NCBI GenBank assembly: GCA_041937175.2
Contig: CP166615.1
Span: forward strand, 1,664,001 to 1,728,000
Direction of reading: 5' to 3'
DNA from: Limnothrix sp. BL-A-16
Lineage (GTDB): Bacteria; Cyanobacteriota; Cyanobacteriia; CACIAM-69d
DNA length: 64,000 nt
Below the pieces are notes generated by a model. It searched no databases. It saw only the letters and a program-made list of their open reading frames with translations, and was not told where the DNA came from. The number at the start of each line of letters is the position of its first letter. Positions within the stretch are counted from its first letter, which is position 1. Shown piece by piece: positions 12,199 to 22,869 of the stretch. A program made the position numbers and the translations under genes.

Positions 12199-12348
12199 AA
12201 ACCAGTTCCAAGAAACAAGCCCTAAAAACCAAAATCAGGATTGAGCTTACACTCCATCCTGATTCTGACTCGACAGGCATCATAGCCTACGCACTGTCTT
12301 GAGGATTGCCACCGGGCAATCTGACGAGTTGCGGGGCCGGTTGCTGGT

Positions 12349-13119
12349 CTAGTTGCTGGGCAGGTTAATGGCCATCAGCGATCGATCCAAACCCGCCGAA
12401 GTGGCCAGCGCTTGCCAAGCGGCTGCCCGATCGCCCGAGCGATCGGCTTCAATCACGCTGCTCACCGCGTCGTACCAAATGCCCGCACGAGCATAGGCCG
12501 CCGCCGCCGCCAGCCGATCGGGAGCTGCCGTTGCTTCCGCCACCGCAGAGCTGGCTTCCACCCGTTGAATCCAGCCGCTAGCGAAGGTGTTGCGCGGTTC
12601 TTCACCGTTGGCCGTTTCGCAAGCTACCGAAACGTACCATTGATAGGCTTTGCCAGCGGTCAGGCCTTGGCCCTTATCCCGCAGCTTCACCTGCACCAAG
12701 CCACCTTCCTGGGGAAGAGCAATGGTTTGCTCGTCCAGGTCGGCTTCCGTTTCGTCCGTCAACCGGAAACGAGCCGTGCTGCCCATCCCGGCGGGCACAT
12801 AGACCCACAGCGAAGGATGAGCACTGGCCGTCAGCGCACCCTGTTGGCCTGGAACTAAGGGCATGAGGGCCAAGGCCGAGGAACCACAAGCACCGCGCCG
12901 GCCTCCACTGACCGTGTGGCGAAGGGTGCGGTTACCCCGGGGAGCGAACCCAGCTTCTTGGCTCGGGAGCGAATTAAAGCTAACGGCGGGCCCTTCTGAG
13001 CCAGCTTGACCGTTAACCAAAGGCATTCCTGCCGAAGCGGTGAAACTTGAAAGGGCGATCGCCCCGGCCGTCAAAACCGAGGAAACAAAGAATCGGGAGA
13101 GCATGCGATTGGGCACCAT
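12349..13119 (-). CDS. DUF928 family exported protein
   Basis: Signal peptide, GGRRGAC, HPSLWVYVP, YQWY, YARAGIWYDA. Confidence 0.85.
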   Translation of the reverse strand: MVPNRMLSRFFVSSVLTAGAIALSSFTASAGMPLVNGQAGSEGPAVSFNSLPSQEAGFAPRGNRTLRHTVSGGRRGACGSSALALMPLVPGQQGALTASAHPSLWVYVPAGMGSTARFRLTDETEADLDEQTIALPQEGGLVQVKLRDKGQGLTAGKAYQWYVSVACETANGEEPRNTFASGWIQRVEASSAVAEATAAPDRLAAAAAYARAGIWYDAVSSVIEADRSGDRAAAWQALATSAGLDRSLMAINLPSN

Positions 13120-13789
13120 AAGAACTACCCCTCATGAGACTGATACAAGCAAAAGCAGTAGCGACCTACAAGGGCTGGATGTCATCTGTCCTCGCGGCTG
13201 CTGTTCCCTACCCCTGAGACTCTATTGAAAACGATACTCGGGAAAAAGTAGTGAACCATGTTCCGATCGCGGCTTCGGTCGGGCCATAGTCTTGACTGAT
13301 CGTGACCATAGCTGTGCCCTGCGAACCGCAAACTCAACACCAGGCGAGGACGGAAGCGAATTCCCCTTCAGTCAATAGATGCCCCTGGAAGCCGAGTCCG
13401 TCTAGACAGTTAACAAACTGTCTCCCAGTGTATGGCATTCCCCCAAACCAGCTATGTACCGATCAACACTCAGTTCACGGTGAGCTGACTGATCTTACCG
13501 GCGGGATGACGCGAAACAGGAACCAGATCGATCGCGCTAAATCCTACGCTGAGCAGGATTCAGAAGGCAAATTTGGGGGAAGCTTGGCGAAAGCAACCCC
13601 CTATTCAGGGTTTTGAAGAAATGTAAAGAATCGCAAACAATCGAAAGCTTGAATTGGGCTTCCTCAAGCTGGATCGAAAAGCTAGATCGAATTTGATTCA
13701 ACTGAATTTTCGGAAGCAGGGCAACACCTCGCCGGCCGGTTCTGAAATCTGAAAACCGCGCTTTTGCCGTTGATTAACCCATTGGCTCC

Positions 13790-14191
13790 CTAACCCATCA
13801 GAATTACCCGATCGAGCACATGGATCACGCCATTGGCCGCTTCGATGTCGGCCGCCACCACCGTGGCATTTTTCACCTCGAAGCTTTTACCAATCCGCAC
13901 CGGGATCGGAGCACCTTCGAGCGATTCCAATTGGGTCATCTGGGCCAAATCCGCTTGGGTGTATTTACCAGCCACCACGTGATATTTCAGGATGCGAGCC
14001 AGTTGTGGGGGGTTTTGCACCAGGGTTTGCACCGTGCCGGGTGGGAGCTGAGCAAAGGCCTGGTCGTTGGGCGCAAACACGGTGAAGGGGCCTGGACTTT
14101 TCAGGGCTTCGACCAATCCAGCCACCTTGACGGCGGTTACGAGGGTTTCAAAGGAACCGGCATTAATGGCAATGTCAACAATGTCGGGCAT
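13790..14191 (-). CDS. Fasciclin (FAS1) domain protein
   Basis: [28 protein letters not shown]; start MPDIVDIA. Confidence 0.93.
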   Translation of the reverse strand: MPDIVDIAINAGSFETLVTAVKVAGLVEALKSPGPFTVFAPNDQAFAQLPPGTVQTLVQNPPQLARILKYHVVAGKYTQADLAQMTQLESLEGAPIPVRIGKSFEVKNATVVAADIEAANGVIHVLDRVILMG

Positions 14192-14499
14192 GGTCAAGGA
14201 TGGGGGTGAAGTCCAGGTACAGGGCAATGCAGAGCCGCTGGGGCCCAAGGTCGCCGCTAAATCCCAATCATCCTACCGCCGATCGCCCGATCGATTGGGG
14301 ATGGGCAATTTTGGAGTTTTAATACCTTCGATTGGACATGGTTGGCCCGCCCCGCTGTCCTGGGTGTAATGATTGCCAACCCAAAACAGCGGAGCAGGAC
14401 TCAACCTAGCGACTGGGAGCTACATCGATCGACCTTGAGCGATCGACCTTGATTGATCAACCTTGAGCGCGATCGATTCGGCAACGAGTCACCGCCTCG

Positions 14500-15474
14500 T
14501 TACCAGCCCAACACGTAGGCAAACACCAACGGAGCCACGATCGTTGCATCACTTTCAATCACAAACCGGGGCGTGTCGATCGACAGTTTGCCCCAAGTAA
14601 TTTTCTCGTTGGGCACGGCTCCCGAATAGGAACCATAGCTGGTGGTGGAATCGCTGATTTGGCAGAAATAGCCCCACAGCGGCGTTTCCCGCAGCAGGTC
14701 TTGCTGCAACATGGGCACAACACAAATGGGGAAGTCGCCCGCAATGCCGCCCGCAATTTGGAAGAACCCGATCGACTGGCCGCTTTCGATCGAAACCTTC
14801 GTGTAGTAGTCCGCCAGGGCCATCATGTATTCAATGCCCGTGCGTACCGTGTGGACATTTTTGATGTCGCCCTCAATGCAGCGAGCCGCAAAAATGTTCC
14901 CCAGGGTCGAATCTTCCCAGCCGGGCACAAAGATCGGCAAATTCCGTTCAGCCGCCGCCAACATCCAGGAATTCTTCGGATCGATTTGGTAATACTCCTT
15001 CAAGGAGCCATTCAGCAGCACTTCATAAAAGAATTCGTGGGGGAACTTCCGTTGCCCAGCCGCATCGGCCGCTTTCCACACATCCAGCACGGCCTTTTCC
15101 ATGCGGCGAATGGCTTCCTCTTCCGGAATACAGGTATCGGTGACCCGGTTCAGATGCTTGTCCAGCAGTTTTTGTTCATCTTCTGGGGTCAAGTCCCGAT
15201 AGTTCGGAATCCGCACATAGTAATCGTGGGCCACCAGGTTAAAGATGTCTTCTTCCAGGTTGGCCCCCGTGCAAGAAATCGCGTTGATTTTGCCTTGGCG
15301 AATCATTTCCGCCAGCGACAGGCCCAATTCTGCCGTGCTCATGGCTCCGGCCATGGCCAGCAACATCGGATTTCCGGCTTCCACATGCACCTTAAATGCT
15401 TCAGCGGCATCCACCAAGGCCGCTGCGTTGAAGTGGCGGTAGTGGTGTTTGATGAACTGACTGACGGGGCCCAT
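14500..15474 (-). CDS. Deoxyhypusine synthase-like protein (probable homospermidine synthase)
   Basis: AGAMSTAELG, ISCTGANLEED, YSGAVPNEKITWGK, SDATIVAP. Confidence 0.88.
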   Translation of the reverse strand: MGPVSQFIKHHYRHFNAAALVDAAEAFKVHVEAGNPMLLAMAGAMSTAELGLSLAEMIRQGKINAISCTGANLEEDIFNLVAHDYYVRIPNYRDLTPEDEQKLLDKHLNRVTDTCIPEEEAIRRMEKAVLDVWKAADAAGQRKFPHEFFYEVLLNGSLKEYYQIDPKNSWMLAAAERNLPIFVPGWEDSTLGNIFAARCIEGDIKNVHTVRTGIEYMMALADYYTKVSIESGQSIGFFQIAGGIAGDFPICVVPMLQQDLLRETPLWGYFCQISDSTTSYGSYSGAVPNEKITWGKLSIDTPRFVIESDATIVAPLVFAYVLGW

Positions 15475-15677
15475 AGGTTACTTGCCTTTCAACAAAAGAG
15501 TGCGACACAACCAGCAGCCCCGGAATTTGCGTTCAAGGGTCGATCGCGCTGCCCCAGCGTTGACCGAGGATGATTCAAACCCAGCATCCTTCGGCCCAGG
15601 GGGGCGATCGCGCGCGATCGAAAAAACGGGGCTGCAATCCAAAACGATCATCCTACCGCCTTGGCCTCAACGAAACA

Positions 15678-16697
15678 TTAAGAAGCGGCACAAACCCGGT
15701 TCCGTCCTCCATGTTTGGCGGCATAGAGATAGCGATCGGCCTCTGCGATCATCGCCTCATAATCTCCCAAGGCTAAGTGGTCAGAAACACCAATGCTGAG
15801 GGTGACGCTGAGTTCTGGGTGAATTTTGGGCCAAGGCGCTTGCTCGATCGCCTGGCGAACTTTGTTGCAAGCCGCCACCGCATCCGCTAAGCCTATGCCC
15901 GGCAGTGCAATCACAAATTCTTCGCCCCCATAGCGGGCACAAAGATCACTCGATCGCAGATTTTTTTGCAGAATTTGCGCCACACCTTTCAAGACCCGAT
16001 CGCCCACCGCGTGCGAAAACCGATCGTTGATTCGCTTAAAGAAATCCACATCCCCGATCGCCACGCTCAAGGAAGAACGATAGCGCTGAGCCTGCTCAAA
16101 TAATTGGCTCATTTGCCCATTAAAGTGGCGGCGATTAAACAGTCCCGTCAGCTCATCTCGAATGCTCAATTCTGTGATCTTGGCGTTCGCCTTTTCCAAA
16201 TCCAAGATCTTTTGATTCAGGGCCTGTTGCAGTCGATAAATCTGTAAATGGGTGTTGACCCTTGCCAACACTTCCAACTCTTGAAACGGCTTGGCGATAT
16301 AGTCCACACCGCCGACCTCAAACCCCTTAACCTTGTCGTGAACGGCGTTGGCCGCGCTGATAAAAATGATCGGAATAGATTGCGATTGGCGATCGGCCTT
16401 CAAGCGTTGACAAACTTCATAACCATCTAGATTCGGCATCCGAATATCCAACAGGATCAGGTCTGGGCGATGGGCCGCGATCGCCTTCAGTGCCTGTTCT
16501 CCGCTGTTGACCGGCCGCACCTTGTGCCCCTCCCGCACCAGCAACTGGCTCAAGACTCGCAGGTTCACCAAATTATCATCCACCAACAGGATGTTGCCCT
16601 GCACTGTGGGGATTGTGCAGGGCGGTTGCGCCAGCTCATGGATGGCTTCATGCTGGCCATCTTCTGGGGGGACACGATCGATCATTGAATAGTTCAT
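15678..16697 (-). CDS. Response regulator diguanylate cyclase (REC-GGDEF)
   Basis: LLVDD...DLILLDIRMP receiver; RSSD I-site followed by RYGGEEF. Confidence 0.93.
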   Translation of the reverse strand: MNYSMIDRVPPEDGQHEAIHELAQPPCTIPTVQGNILLVDDNLVNLRVLSQLLVREGHKVRPVNSGEQALKAIAAHRPDLILLDIRMPNLDGYEVCQRLKADRQSQSIPIIFISAANAVHDKVKGFEVGGVDYIAKPFQELEVLARVNTHLQIYRLQQALNQKILDLEKANAKITELSIRDELTGLFNRRHFNGQMSQLFEQAQRYRSSLSVAIGDVDFFKRINDRFSHAVGDRVLKGVAQILQKNLRSSDLCARYGGEEFVIALPGIGLADAVAACNKVRQAIEQAPWPKIHPELSVTLSIGVSDHLALGDYEAMIAEADRYLYAAKHGGRNRVCAAS

Positions 16698-16905
16698 CGG
16701 CTCTGCATCCTGAAGATTGTGGTCTTGAGTTTTTGAGAATTTGCAAATTTAATTCACAAATTATGAAACTCGAATCATGAAATTCGTGAATTTATACTAA
16801 TTGCTAATGCAGCGAAGGAGCAAAATACAAGCACAATACTTAAAAAAATTCACTAAGCGCTAATTGTAAATACCAATCAAATATCAATCAAATATCATGA
16901 CAGTT

Positions 16906-19374
16906 TCATAGCAAATTCATACTCAATAATGACTGTAGTTGCTCATAATCATAATCATGCAAAATACGATTCAGTTGAGCAATGATTAATGCCTCTTCTG
17001 GGGGCAGCTTATGAATCAAATATTCCAGTTCAAAAAAGTCCGCTTCTTGGGCTGCTTTCAGCATTTGCTTACGCCAAAGTTCTGGCAAATTTCGTAATTT
17101 TTGACTCACACGATCCGTTAGTTCAGGGCTGCCCACGGGCGATCGCCCGCTGAAACTGCTGCTGATCTCGCTTTCCAGACCGGTGGATAAGTTGGCATAT
17201 AGATAGCGAACCTGGAGATGATGGGCGATCGCATCTAGAATCGTTTGTTCTCGGAAGGGCTTGCGTACAAATCCATCAAAGCCTGCAGACAAAACCCGTT
17301 GCTCATCTTCCTGGAACGCACTGGCTGTCAGGGCCAAAATCGCTACAAACTGTTGTTTTGACTGGGCTAGCTGCTTAATCTGTCTCATGGCCGAAATGCC
17401 ATCAAGCTGAGGCATTCGTAAATCCATCCAAATCAGGTGAGGCTGCCATTTAGACCACTCCTCGATCGCCTGGTAGCCATCATGAACCTCCCGTACTTCA
17501 AACCCTATGCGCTTGAGCAATTGACTCAAAAGGGTGCAATTTTCCGGGCGATCGTCAGCAATCAAAATGCGGGGAATTGGGGAATCGGGCGCTAACCCAA
17601 TAATTTGCCGGGGATCGGGGTTGGTGCTGTTGGGTTCTCCGATAGGCGCACGGATCCAAAAATGAAAAGCAGTTCCCTGATTGGGCTGGCTTCTGACCGT
17701 AATTTCGCCCCCCATGAGTTGTATAAAAGAGCGACTGAGGGCTAAGCCCAATCCGGTTCCCACGCGGCTCGATCGCCCCGATGCAGTTTGCTCAAAAGAC
17801 TGAAATAACTTGGGTAACTCAGCCGGTTCAATGCCCACCCCGGAATCAATAACCTCCACCATCAGGCGATCGGGCGGGGCATATCGCACTTGCACCGAAA
17901 TGCCCCCTTCCGGCGTGAACTTAATAGCATTGCCTAATAGATTGACCAACACTTGACGCAATTTTCCATCATCCATCACCAGATAGGCAGGCAAGGCTGA
18001 ATCCAGTTCAAAATCGAGGCGCAAGCCCTTTTGATGGGCAGCTAACTCGAACATAGCCACGATTTCTTTAAAGAGCGATCGCACCTCGATCGACTGTGTA
18101 ATTAACTCCGCCTTGCCCGCCTCAATTTTGGCCATCGATAGAAAATTATCAATGAGCCTTAATAGATGCTCACCGCTCATTTGAATTACGGCTAGATTCG
18201 TTTTTTGTTCCTCAGTTAAGCCCACATCACGCTTCATCAGTTGCGAAAATCCAATGACAGCATTCAGCGGCGTTCGCAACTCGTGACTCATATTCGATAA
18301 AAACTCACTCTTAGCCTGATTAGCTAATTCCGCCTGGTGCTTGGCTACTTCGGCCTGCTGTTTTTGGCGGGCTAATTTTTGCTCTGCCAATTGCCGTTGG
18401 GATCGCATGGCCACAAACTCAGTTGCCAGTTGGCCAATTTCACCATTCGCCCTAACCTTGATCGCGCGGTCTAAATTACCTTGCTTCATCAAACGAACGG
18501 CTTCTGTTAATTGCTCCAAAGGCTGAGCGATCGTATTTCCCAAAAAATAACCCATCATGCCAATGGGAAGCGTTGTGACCAAAAAAGCCAACAGAAAACT
18601 AACTCGCACACTTTGTTCATAGGCCAGGAAGCTATCATCTACTTCCGAGTCATTTTCAAATACAATGAAGCCAATGGTTTGATCCTTCAATTGCAGCTCA
18701 GAAATGCGCTGCGACCATGCCTGAGACCACCAACGTTGCAGGCCAAAAAACGGGACACGATCGCCCCGTGCGGCCCGCTCAGGGGGCAGGATATAGTTGC
18801 CTTCTGAGTCCACCACGGAAAACAGCGGTCGGCCGGGGAGCCAGGCTCGCTGATTGGTTCTGGGTTGTCCTGGTTTGGGGGGCAAGAACAGGCCAGGAAT
18901 CGTTGCTGAATCTTCTGGCAACTCCGGGAAATTCGGCGGCAAAGCGGCTTCCGAATTGCACGATGATGCATTCAAGCTGCCCTGAGCCATGGGAGGCGGG
19001 GAAGGCCGCCCAAACATCACCAGGGGGCCTAACCAGGCTTTGAGCCGCTGAAGCCAGCTTTCAACAGGACAATCGATCGGGCGGGGATCCCTAGGCAGGT
19101 CAGCGCTGTGACTACGGGCTAGTTCTGCCCGCCGGCGCTGGATGAAGTGGCCTAAATCTTCCCGCTGCTTGGCCGCATCCCAAGATCCAGCCGATTGGTA
19201 ATAGGCCAACACATGCGATCGATACTTTTCCTGGTGTCCCTGCACGGTGGCCGGCGAAAAGGAAGCCCGCATCATTTCCAGGGTTAAGTGACCGACCAGC
19301 GCCGCCCCCAGCCAGCCACTAGCCATCACAGCCAGGACAATTTTGGTGCGCAGGGGCAAAAACTTCATGGGCAA
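16906..19374 (-). CDS. Membrane hybrid sensor histidine kinase (HAMP-HisKA-HATPase-REC)
   Basis: [43 protein letters not shown]. Confidence 0.93.
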   Translation of the reverse strand: MPMKFLPLRTKIVLAVMASGWLGAALVGHLTLEMMRASFSPATVQGHQEKYRSHVLAYYQSAGSWDAAKQREDLGHFIQRRRAELARSHSADLPRDPRPIDCPVESWLQRLKAWLGPLVMFGRPSPPPMAQGSLNASSCNSEAALPPNFPELPEDSATIPGLFLPPKPGQPRTNQRAWLPGRPLFSVVDSEGNYILPPERAARGDRVPFFGLQRWWSQAWSQRISELQLKDQTIGFIVFENDSEVDDSFLAYEQSVRVSFLLAFLVTTLPIGMMGYFLGNTIAQPLEQLTEAVRLMKQGNLDRAIKVRANGEIGQLATEFVAMRSQRQLAEQKLARQKQQAEVAKHQAELANQAKSEFLSNMSHELRTPLNAVIGFSQLMKRDVGLTEEQKTNLAVIQMSGEHLLRLIDNFLSMAKIEAGKAELITQSIEVRSLFKEIVAMFELAAHQKGLRLDFELDSALPAYLVMDDGKLRQVLVNLLGNAIKFTPEGGISVQVRYAPPDRLMVEVIDSGVGIEPAELPKLFQSFEQTASGRSSRVGTGLGLALSRSFIQLMGGEITVRSQPNQGTAFHFWIRAPIGEPNSTNPDPRQIIGLAPDSPIPRILIADDRPENCTLLSQLLKRIGFEVREVHDGYQAIEEWSKWQPHLIWMDLRMPQLDGISAMRQIKQLAQSKQQFVAILALTASAFQEDEQRVLSAGFDGFVRKPFREQTILDAIAHHLQVRYLYANLSTGLESEISSSFSGRSPVGSPELTDRVSQKLRNLPELWRKQMLKAAQEADFFELEYLIHKLPPEEALIIAQLNRILHDYDYEQLQSLLSMNLL

Positions 19375-19488
19375 ATTAGGGGCTGAAGACCCTTGCTTCT
19401 CACTAGTTCAGTCCAGGATCAAAGTCCACGATCGCACGCCACGATCGTCAGAGGGTAGGCTTGGGGATCAAGAGATCAACTGCACAAC

Positions 19489-20157
19489 CTATCCCTTGGC
19501 GCGGCGGCGATGCTTGCGGGCAGCCCGCTCCACCTGATCTTGCTCGTAGTCAATTAGTCGGCCAAAGTAGGGATGTTGTCCCAAGTCGAGCGACATGTAA
19601 ACGTGGCGGCGCACATTGTCAAAGCCCTTGCGGGTAAAGAACTTCACCGCCGGTTCATTGGCGGGATCCGTGTCAATGAATAGGCTGCGGGCCCCTTGGT
19701 GGATCGTGCGCTCCACGAATCGATCGACCAAGGAGTCGGCCACGCCCCGGCGCTGGAATCGGTGATCAACCCCTAGCCAATTGATGTAGCCGTAGGTCAC
19801 CTGCTTCTCAATCACCGTCCCCAACACAAACCCCGCAAACTCGCCCTCCACTTCCGCAATCAGGCAATATTCCGGATCCGTGTTGTAGAGGCCCGTGACC
19901 TCCCACTCATCCCAAGTGCGGTAAAGCGTGGGATACAACTCATTTTGGAAAAGCTGCTCGCCCAGGTGAAAGACCGGAGCGAGATCATCGATCGTCATGT
20001 CGCGAGTAACCACCGCATTGGCCGGGGCCGGCTTGGCGGCCGCAGATTCCGCAGGGGGTGAAGACTCAGACCCGAGACCAGCGTTAGCCCCAGCCTGCAA
20101 TTCGGACGGCTGAGAAGATAGATGAGGCGGATGAGAAGGTGATGCGTCAGTGGTCAC
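19489..20157 (-). CDS. GNAT family N-acetyltransferase
   Basis: LGVDHRFQRRGVA acetyl-CoA motif, NEPAVKFFTRKGF. Confidence 0.85.
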   Translation of the reverse strand: MTTDASPSHPPHLSSQPSELQAGANAGLGSESSPPAESAAAKPAPANAVVTRDMTIDDLAPVFHLGEQLFQNELYPTLYRTWDEWEVTGLYNTDPEYCLIAEVEGEFAGFVLGTVIEKQVTYGYINWLGVDHRFQRRGVADSLVDRFVERTIHQGARSLFIDTDPANEPAVKFFTRKGFDNVRRHVYMSLDLGQHPYFGRLIDYEQDQVERAARKHRRRAKG

Positions 20158-20245
20158 AGTAAACCTTAGGGCTGGTTGAACAACACCAAAACCAGCCCGC
20201 GATCGCCATTTTATGCGATCGTCATTTGTCCAGGATCAATGGGAA

Positions 20246-20319
20246 CGGATGCGGAGGGACTCGAACCCCCGACCCTCAGAACCGGAATCTGATGCTCTAT
20301 CCAACTGAGCTACGCATCC
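20246..20319 (-). tRNA. tRNA-Arg(CCG)
   Basis: GGATGCGTAGCTCAGTTGGATAGAGCATCAGATTCCGGTTCTGAGGGTCGGGGGTTCGAGTCCCTCCGCATCCG cloverleaf. Confidence 0.96.
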
Positions 20320-20492
20320 AGGGTCGGCTACGCCAGCGGCCGCACAAGCGCCACTCAACATCGCTTGGCTATATTACCACTTCTGCCAGCGATCGCCCCT
20401 CTCATTTTAAAATTTTAGGGTTGTAAAAATGGTTTGATATTCGCCAACCCCATCACAACCAACCATTACACCCAACTAAGGAGAAGCTCGCT

Positions 20493-21791
20493 GTGGTTGC
20501 CACTGCCCTTAACACCACCCGTTCAGAAGAAATTTTTGCCGCTGCCCAAGCGCTGATGCCCGGCGGCGTGAACTCGCCCGTGCGCGCCTTCAAGTCCGTA
20601 GGTGGTCAGCCGATCGTGTTCGATCGCGTCCAAGGAGCCTATGCCTGGGATGTGGACAACAACCGCTACATCGACTACGTGGGCACTTGGGGCCCTGCCA
20701 TTTGTGGCCATGCCCATCCCGAAGTGTTGGAAGCCCTGAAAGCCGCGATCGACAAAGGAACCAGCTTCGGCGCGCCCTGCTACCTAGAAAACGTGCTGGC
20801 CCAGATGGTGATCGATGCCGTCCCCAGCATTGAAATGGTGCGCTTCGTCAACTCCGGCACCGAAGCCTGCATCGCCGTCCAGCGCCTGATGCGCGCCTAC
20901 ACCGGCCGCACCAAACTGCTGAAGTTTGAAGGCTGCTACCACGGCCACGGCGATATGTTCTTGGTCAAGGCCGGCTCTGGCGTGGCTACCCTCGGCTTGC
21001 CCGACTCCCCCGGCGTGCCGAAAACCGTCACCGCCGACACCCTGACCGCCCCCTACAACGACCTGGAAGCGGTCAAGGCCCTGTTCGCGGAATATCCCGG
21101 TGAAATCGCGGGTGTGATCCTGGAGCCGATCGTGGGTAACGCGGGCTTCATCGTCCCCGAACCCGGCTTCCTGGCGGGCCTGCGCGAAATCACCAAGGAA
21201 GACGGGGCGTTGTTGGTGTTCGACGAAGTGATGACCGGCTTCCGGATTGCCTACGGTGGCGTGCAAGAAAAATTCGGCATTACCCCCGACCTGACCACCC
21301 TCGGCAAGGTGATCGGTGGCGGGTTGCCCGTGGGTGCTTACGGTGGCCGCCGCGAAATCATGCAAATGGTCGCACCCGCTGGCCCCATGTACCAAGCGGG
21401 AACCCTGTCGGGCAACCCCCTGGCCATGACCGCCGGGATCAAAACCCTGGAGCTGTTGCGTCGTCCCGGCAGCTACGAATATCTCGATCAAATCACCGGC
21501 AAGCTGATTAACGGTTTGCTGGAAATTGCCCGAGAAGCGGGTCACGAAGTCTGCGGTGGCCACATCAGCGGCATGTTCGGCATGTTCTTCACGGCGGGCC
21601 CCGTGCGCAACTACGAAGAAGCCAAGGCCGCTGACCTGACCAAGTTCAGCCGTTTCCACCGGGGCATGTTGGAGCGGGGCGTGTACCTGGCTCCCTCGCA
21701 GTTTGAGGCGGGCTTCACGTCGTTGGCCCACACCGACGAGGACATTGAGGCGACTTTGGCCGCGGCCCGCGAGGTACTGTCGAGCCTGTAA
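20493..21791 (+). CDS. hemL: Glutamate-1-semialdehyde 2,1-aminomutase
   Basis: [43 protein letters not shown]. Confidence 0.98.
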   Translation: MVATALNTTRSEEIFAAAQALMPGGVNSPVRAFKSVGGQPIVFDRVQGAYAWDVDNNRYIDYVGTWGPAICGHAHPEVLEALKAAIDKGTSFGAPCYLENVLAQMVIDAVPSIEMVRFVNSGTEACIAVQRLMRAYTGRTKLLKFEGCYHGHGDMFLVKAGSGVATLGLPDSPGVPKTVTADTLTAPYNDLEAVKALFAEYPGEIAGVILEPIVGNAGFIVPEPGFLAGLREITKEDGALLVFDEVMTGFRIAYGGVQEKFGITPDLTTLGKVIGGGLPVGAYGGRREIMQMVAPAGPMYQAGTLSGNPLAMTAGIKTLELLRRPGSYEYLDQITGKLINGLLEIAREAGHEVCGGHISGMFGMFFTAGPVRNYEEAKAADLTKFSRFHRGMLERGVYLAPSQFEAGFTSLAHTDEDIEATLAAAREVLSSL

Positions 21792-21952
21792 TCGCCAACT
21801 GCGCTGAATGACTCAGTTTATGAACGGGGACAGGTTTTGGATCTGTTCCCTCGCTGAGTTTCATCAAACAGCAACCCAAGTCCGACAAGCCAGCAACTGT
21901 AACTCCGACAAGGGCCGAGTTTGATAGAGATATCGAGTTCGGAGGACAGCCC

Positions 21953-22120
21953 ATGGAAACCCTCGAAGACATCAAGTTGTTGTTGGAGGTGACGGCGGCT
22001 TTGGCGGCGTTGTCGCAAACCTTTCCGGTGGCGGCAATGTTGGCTGGTTCGGCGGCGATCGCCTGGTTGGTGTTTCCTGGCTTGAAGCGATCGCGTGACA
22101 AGAAGTGTGACAAGAAGTAG
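21953..22120 (+). CDS. 55-aa small hydrophobic protein (not in ORF track)
   Basis: GGAGG RBS 7 nt before ATG; METLEDIKLLLEVTAALAALSQTFPVAAMLAGSAAIAWLVFPGLKRSRDKKCDKK. Confidence 0.6.
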   Translation: METLEDIKLLLEVTAALAALSQTFPVAAMLAGSAAIAWLVFPGLKRSRDKKCDKK

Positions 22121-22158
22121 GGGCGATCGAGGGCGTGGAGGCTCACCACTCTGCGCCC

Positions 22159-22578
22159 TCAATTCGTTTGGCGCAACAGGGCAACAAAACCGGCTTGTTC
22201 AAAGTGGCGATCGTGGGCGAGGGCTTCGCGAATTTGCCGATCGCCCATCACGCAAAAGGAGATGCAGTCGGTGTGGCTCCAATTGGAATCGGGGCGATCT
22301 CGATAGAGCTTCAGGGCGCGATCTAGCAACCTCAGTTCAGGTAAAACAATTTCAACTCTGGATGAATTTTGAAGGGTTTCGATTGTTTGTAGGGCAAGCT
22401 GTCTTGTGAATTGACCTCGTTTGGCAGCGCCATTGAGTAATTCATTCAGAACAAAGTGTGTCGTAATCAACTTGTGGTTTGCAGTTTTTGTGGCCCAAGC
22501 GATCGCTTGCCCGTGTAGTGCATCATTGGGACTGATCAAGGCGACTAAATAGCCTGTGTCAATGAATAGGAGATTCAT
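22159..22578 (-). CDS. vapC: PIN-domain VapC family toxin
   Basis: LFIDTG, VLNEL, WSHTDCISF, AHDRHFEQAGF. Confidence 0.9.
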   Translation of the reverse strand: MNLLFIDTGYLVALISPNDALHGQAIAWATKTANHKLITTHFVLNELLNGAAKRGQFTRQLALQTIETLQNSSRVEIVLPELRLLDRALKLYRDRPDSNWSHTDCISFCVMGDRQIREALAHDRHFEQAGFVALLRQTN

Positions 22579-22856
22579 TCTTCAACCTTGGGAGCACCGT
22601 AGAGATAGTGATCCAGGTTGATGGAAAAGTCGGGTGGTAAATCTTTCCAGGCTTCTTCGGGTATGTCTTGGGTCGCCATTTCTGCGAGCTTGAGCAAAAC
22701 ATTAGACTCATCAGCAGTGGCATCGCTGGTTGTGAGCGATCGACCAGTAATGTTTAGGAAGCGATTTTTCAGGAATAGGGCAAAGTCAAGAAGTTGTTTA
22801 ATGATCGCGTCAGGCAGTTGATCAATGACGAGAAGAAGTTGCTCTTTATCAGTCAT
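22575..22856 (-). CDS. Putative antitoxin partner of VapC
   Basis: 4-bp overlap with vapC; QLPDAIIKQLLDFALFLK and LPPDFSINLDHYLYGAPK motifs. Confidence 0.75.
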   Translation of the reverse strand: MTDKEQLLLVIDQLPDAIIKQLLDFALFLKNRFLNITGRSLTTSDATADESNVLLKLAEMATQDIPEEAWKDLPPDFSINLDHYLYGAPKVEE

Positions 22857-22869
22857 GGTGGTTGGCCTG

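Noticed and set aside
15675..15710. Sequence faintly resembling the RNase P RNA 3' end
   Set aside because: Lies inside the GGDEF coding frame and no other rnpB motifs were seen.
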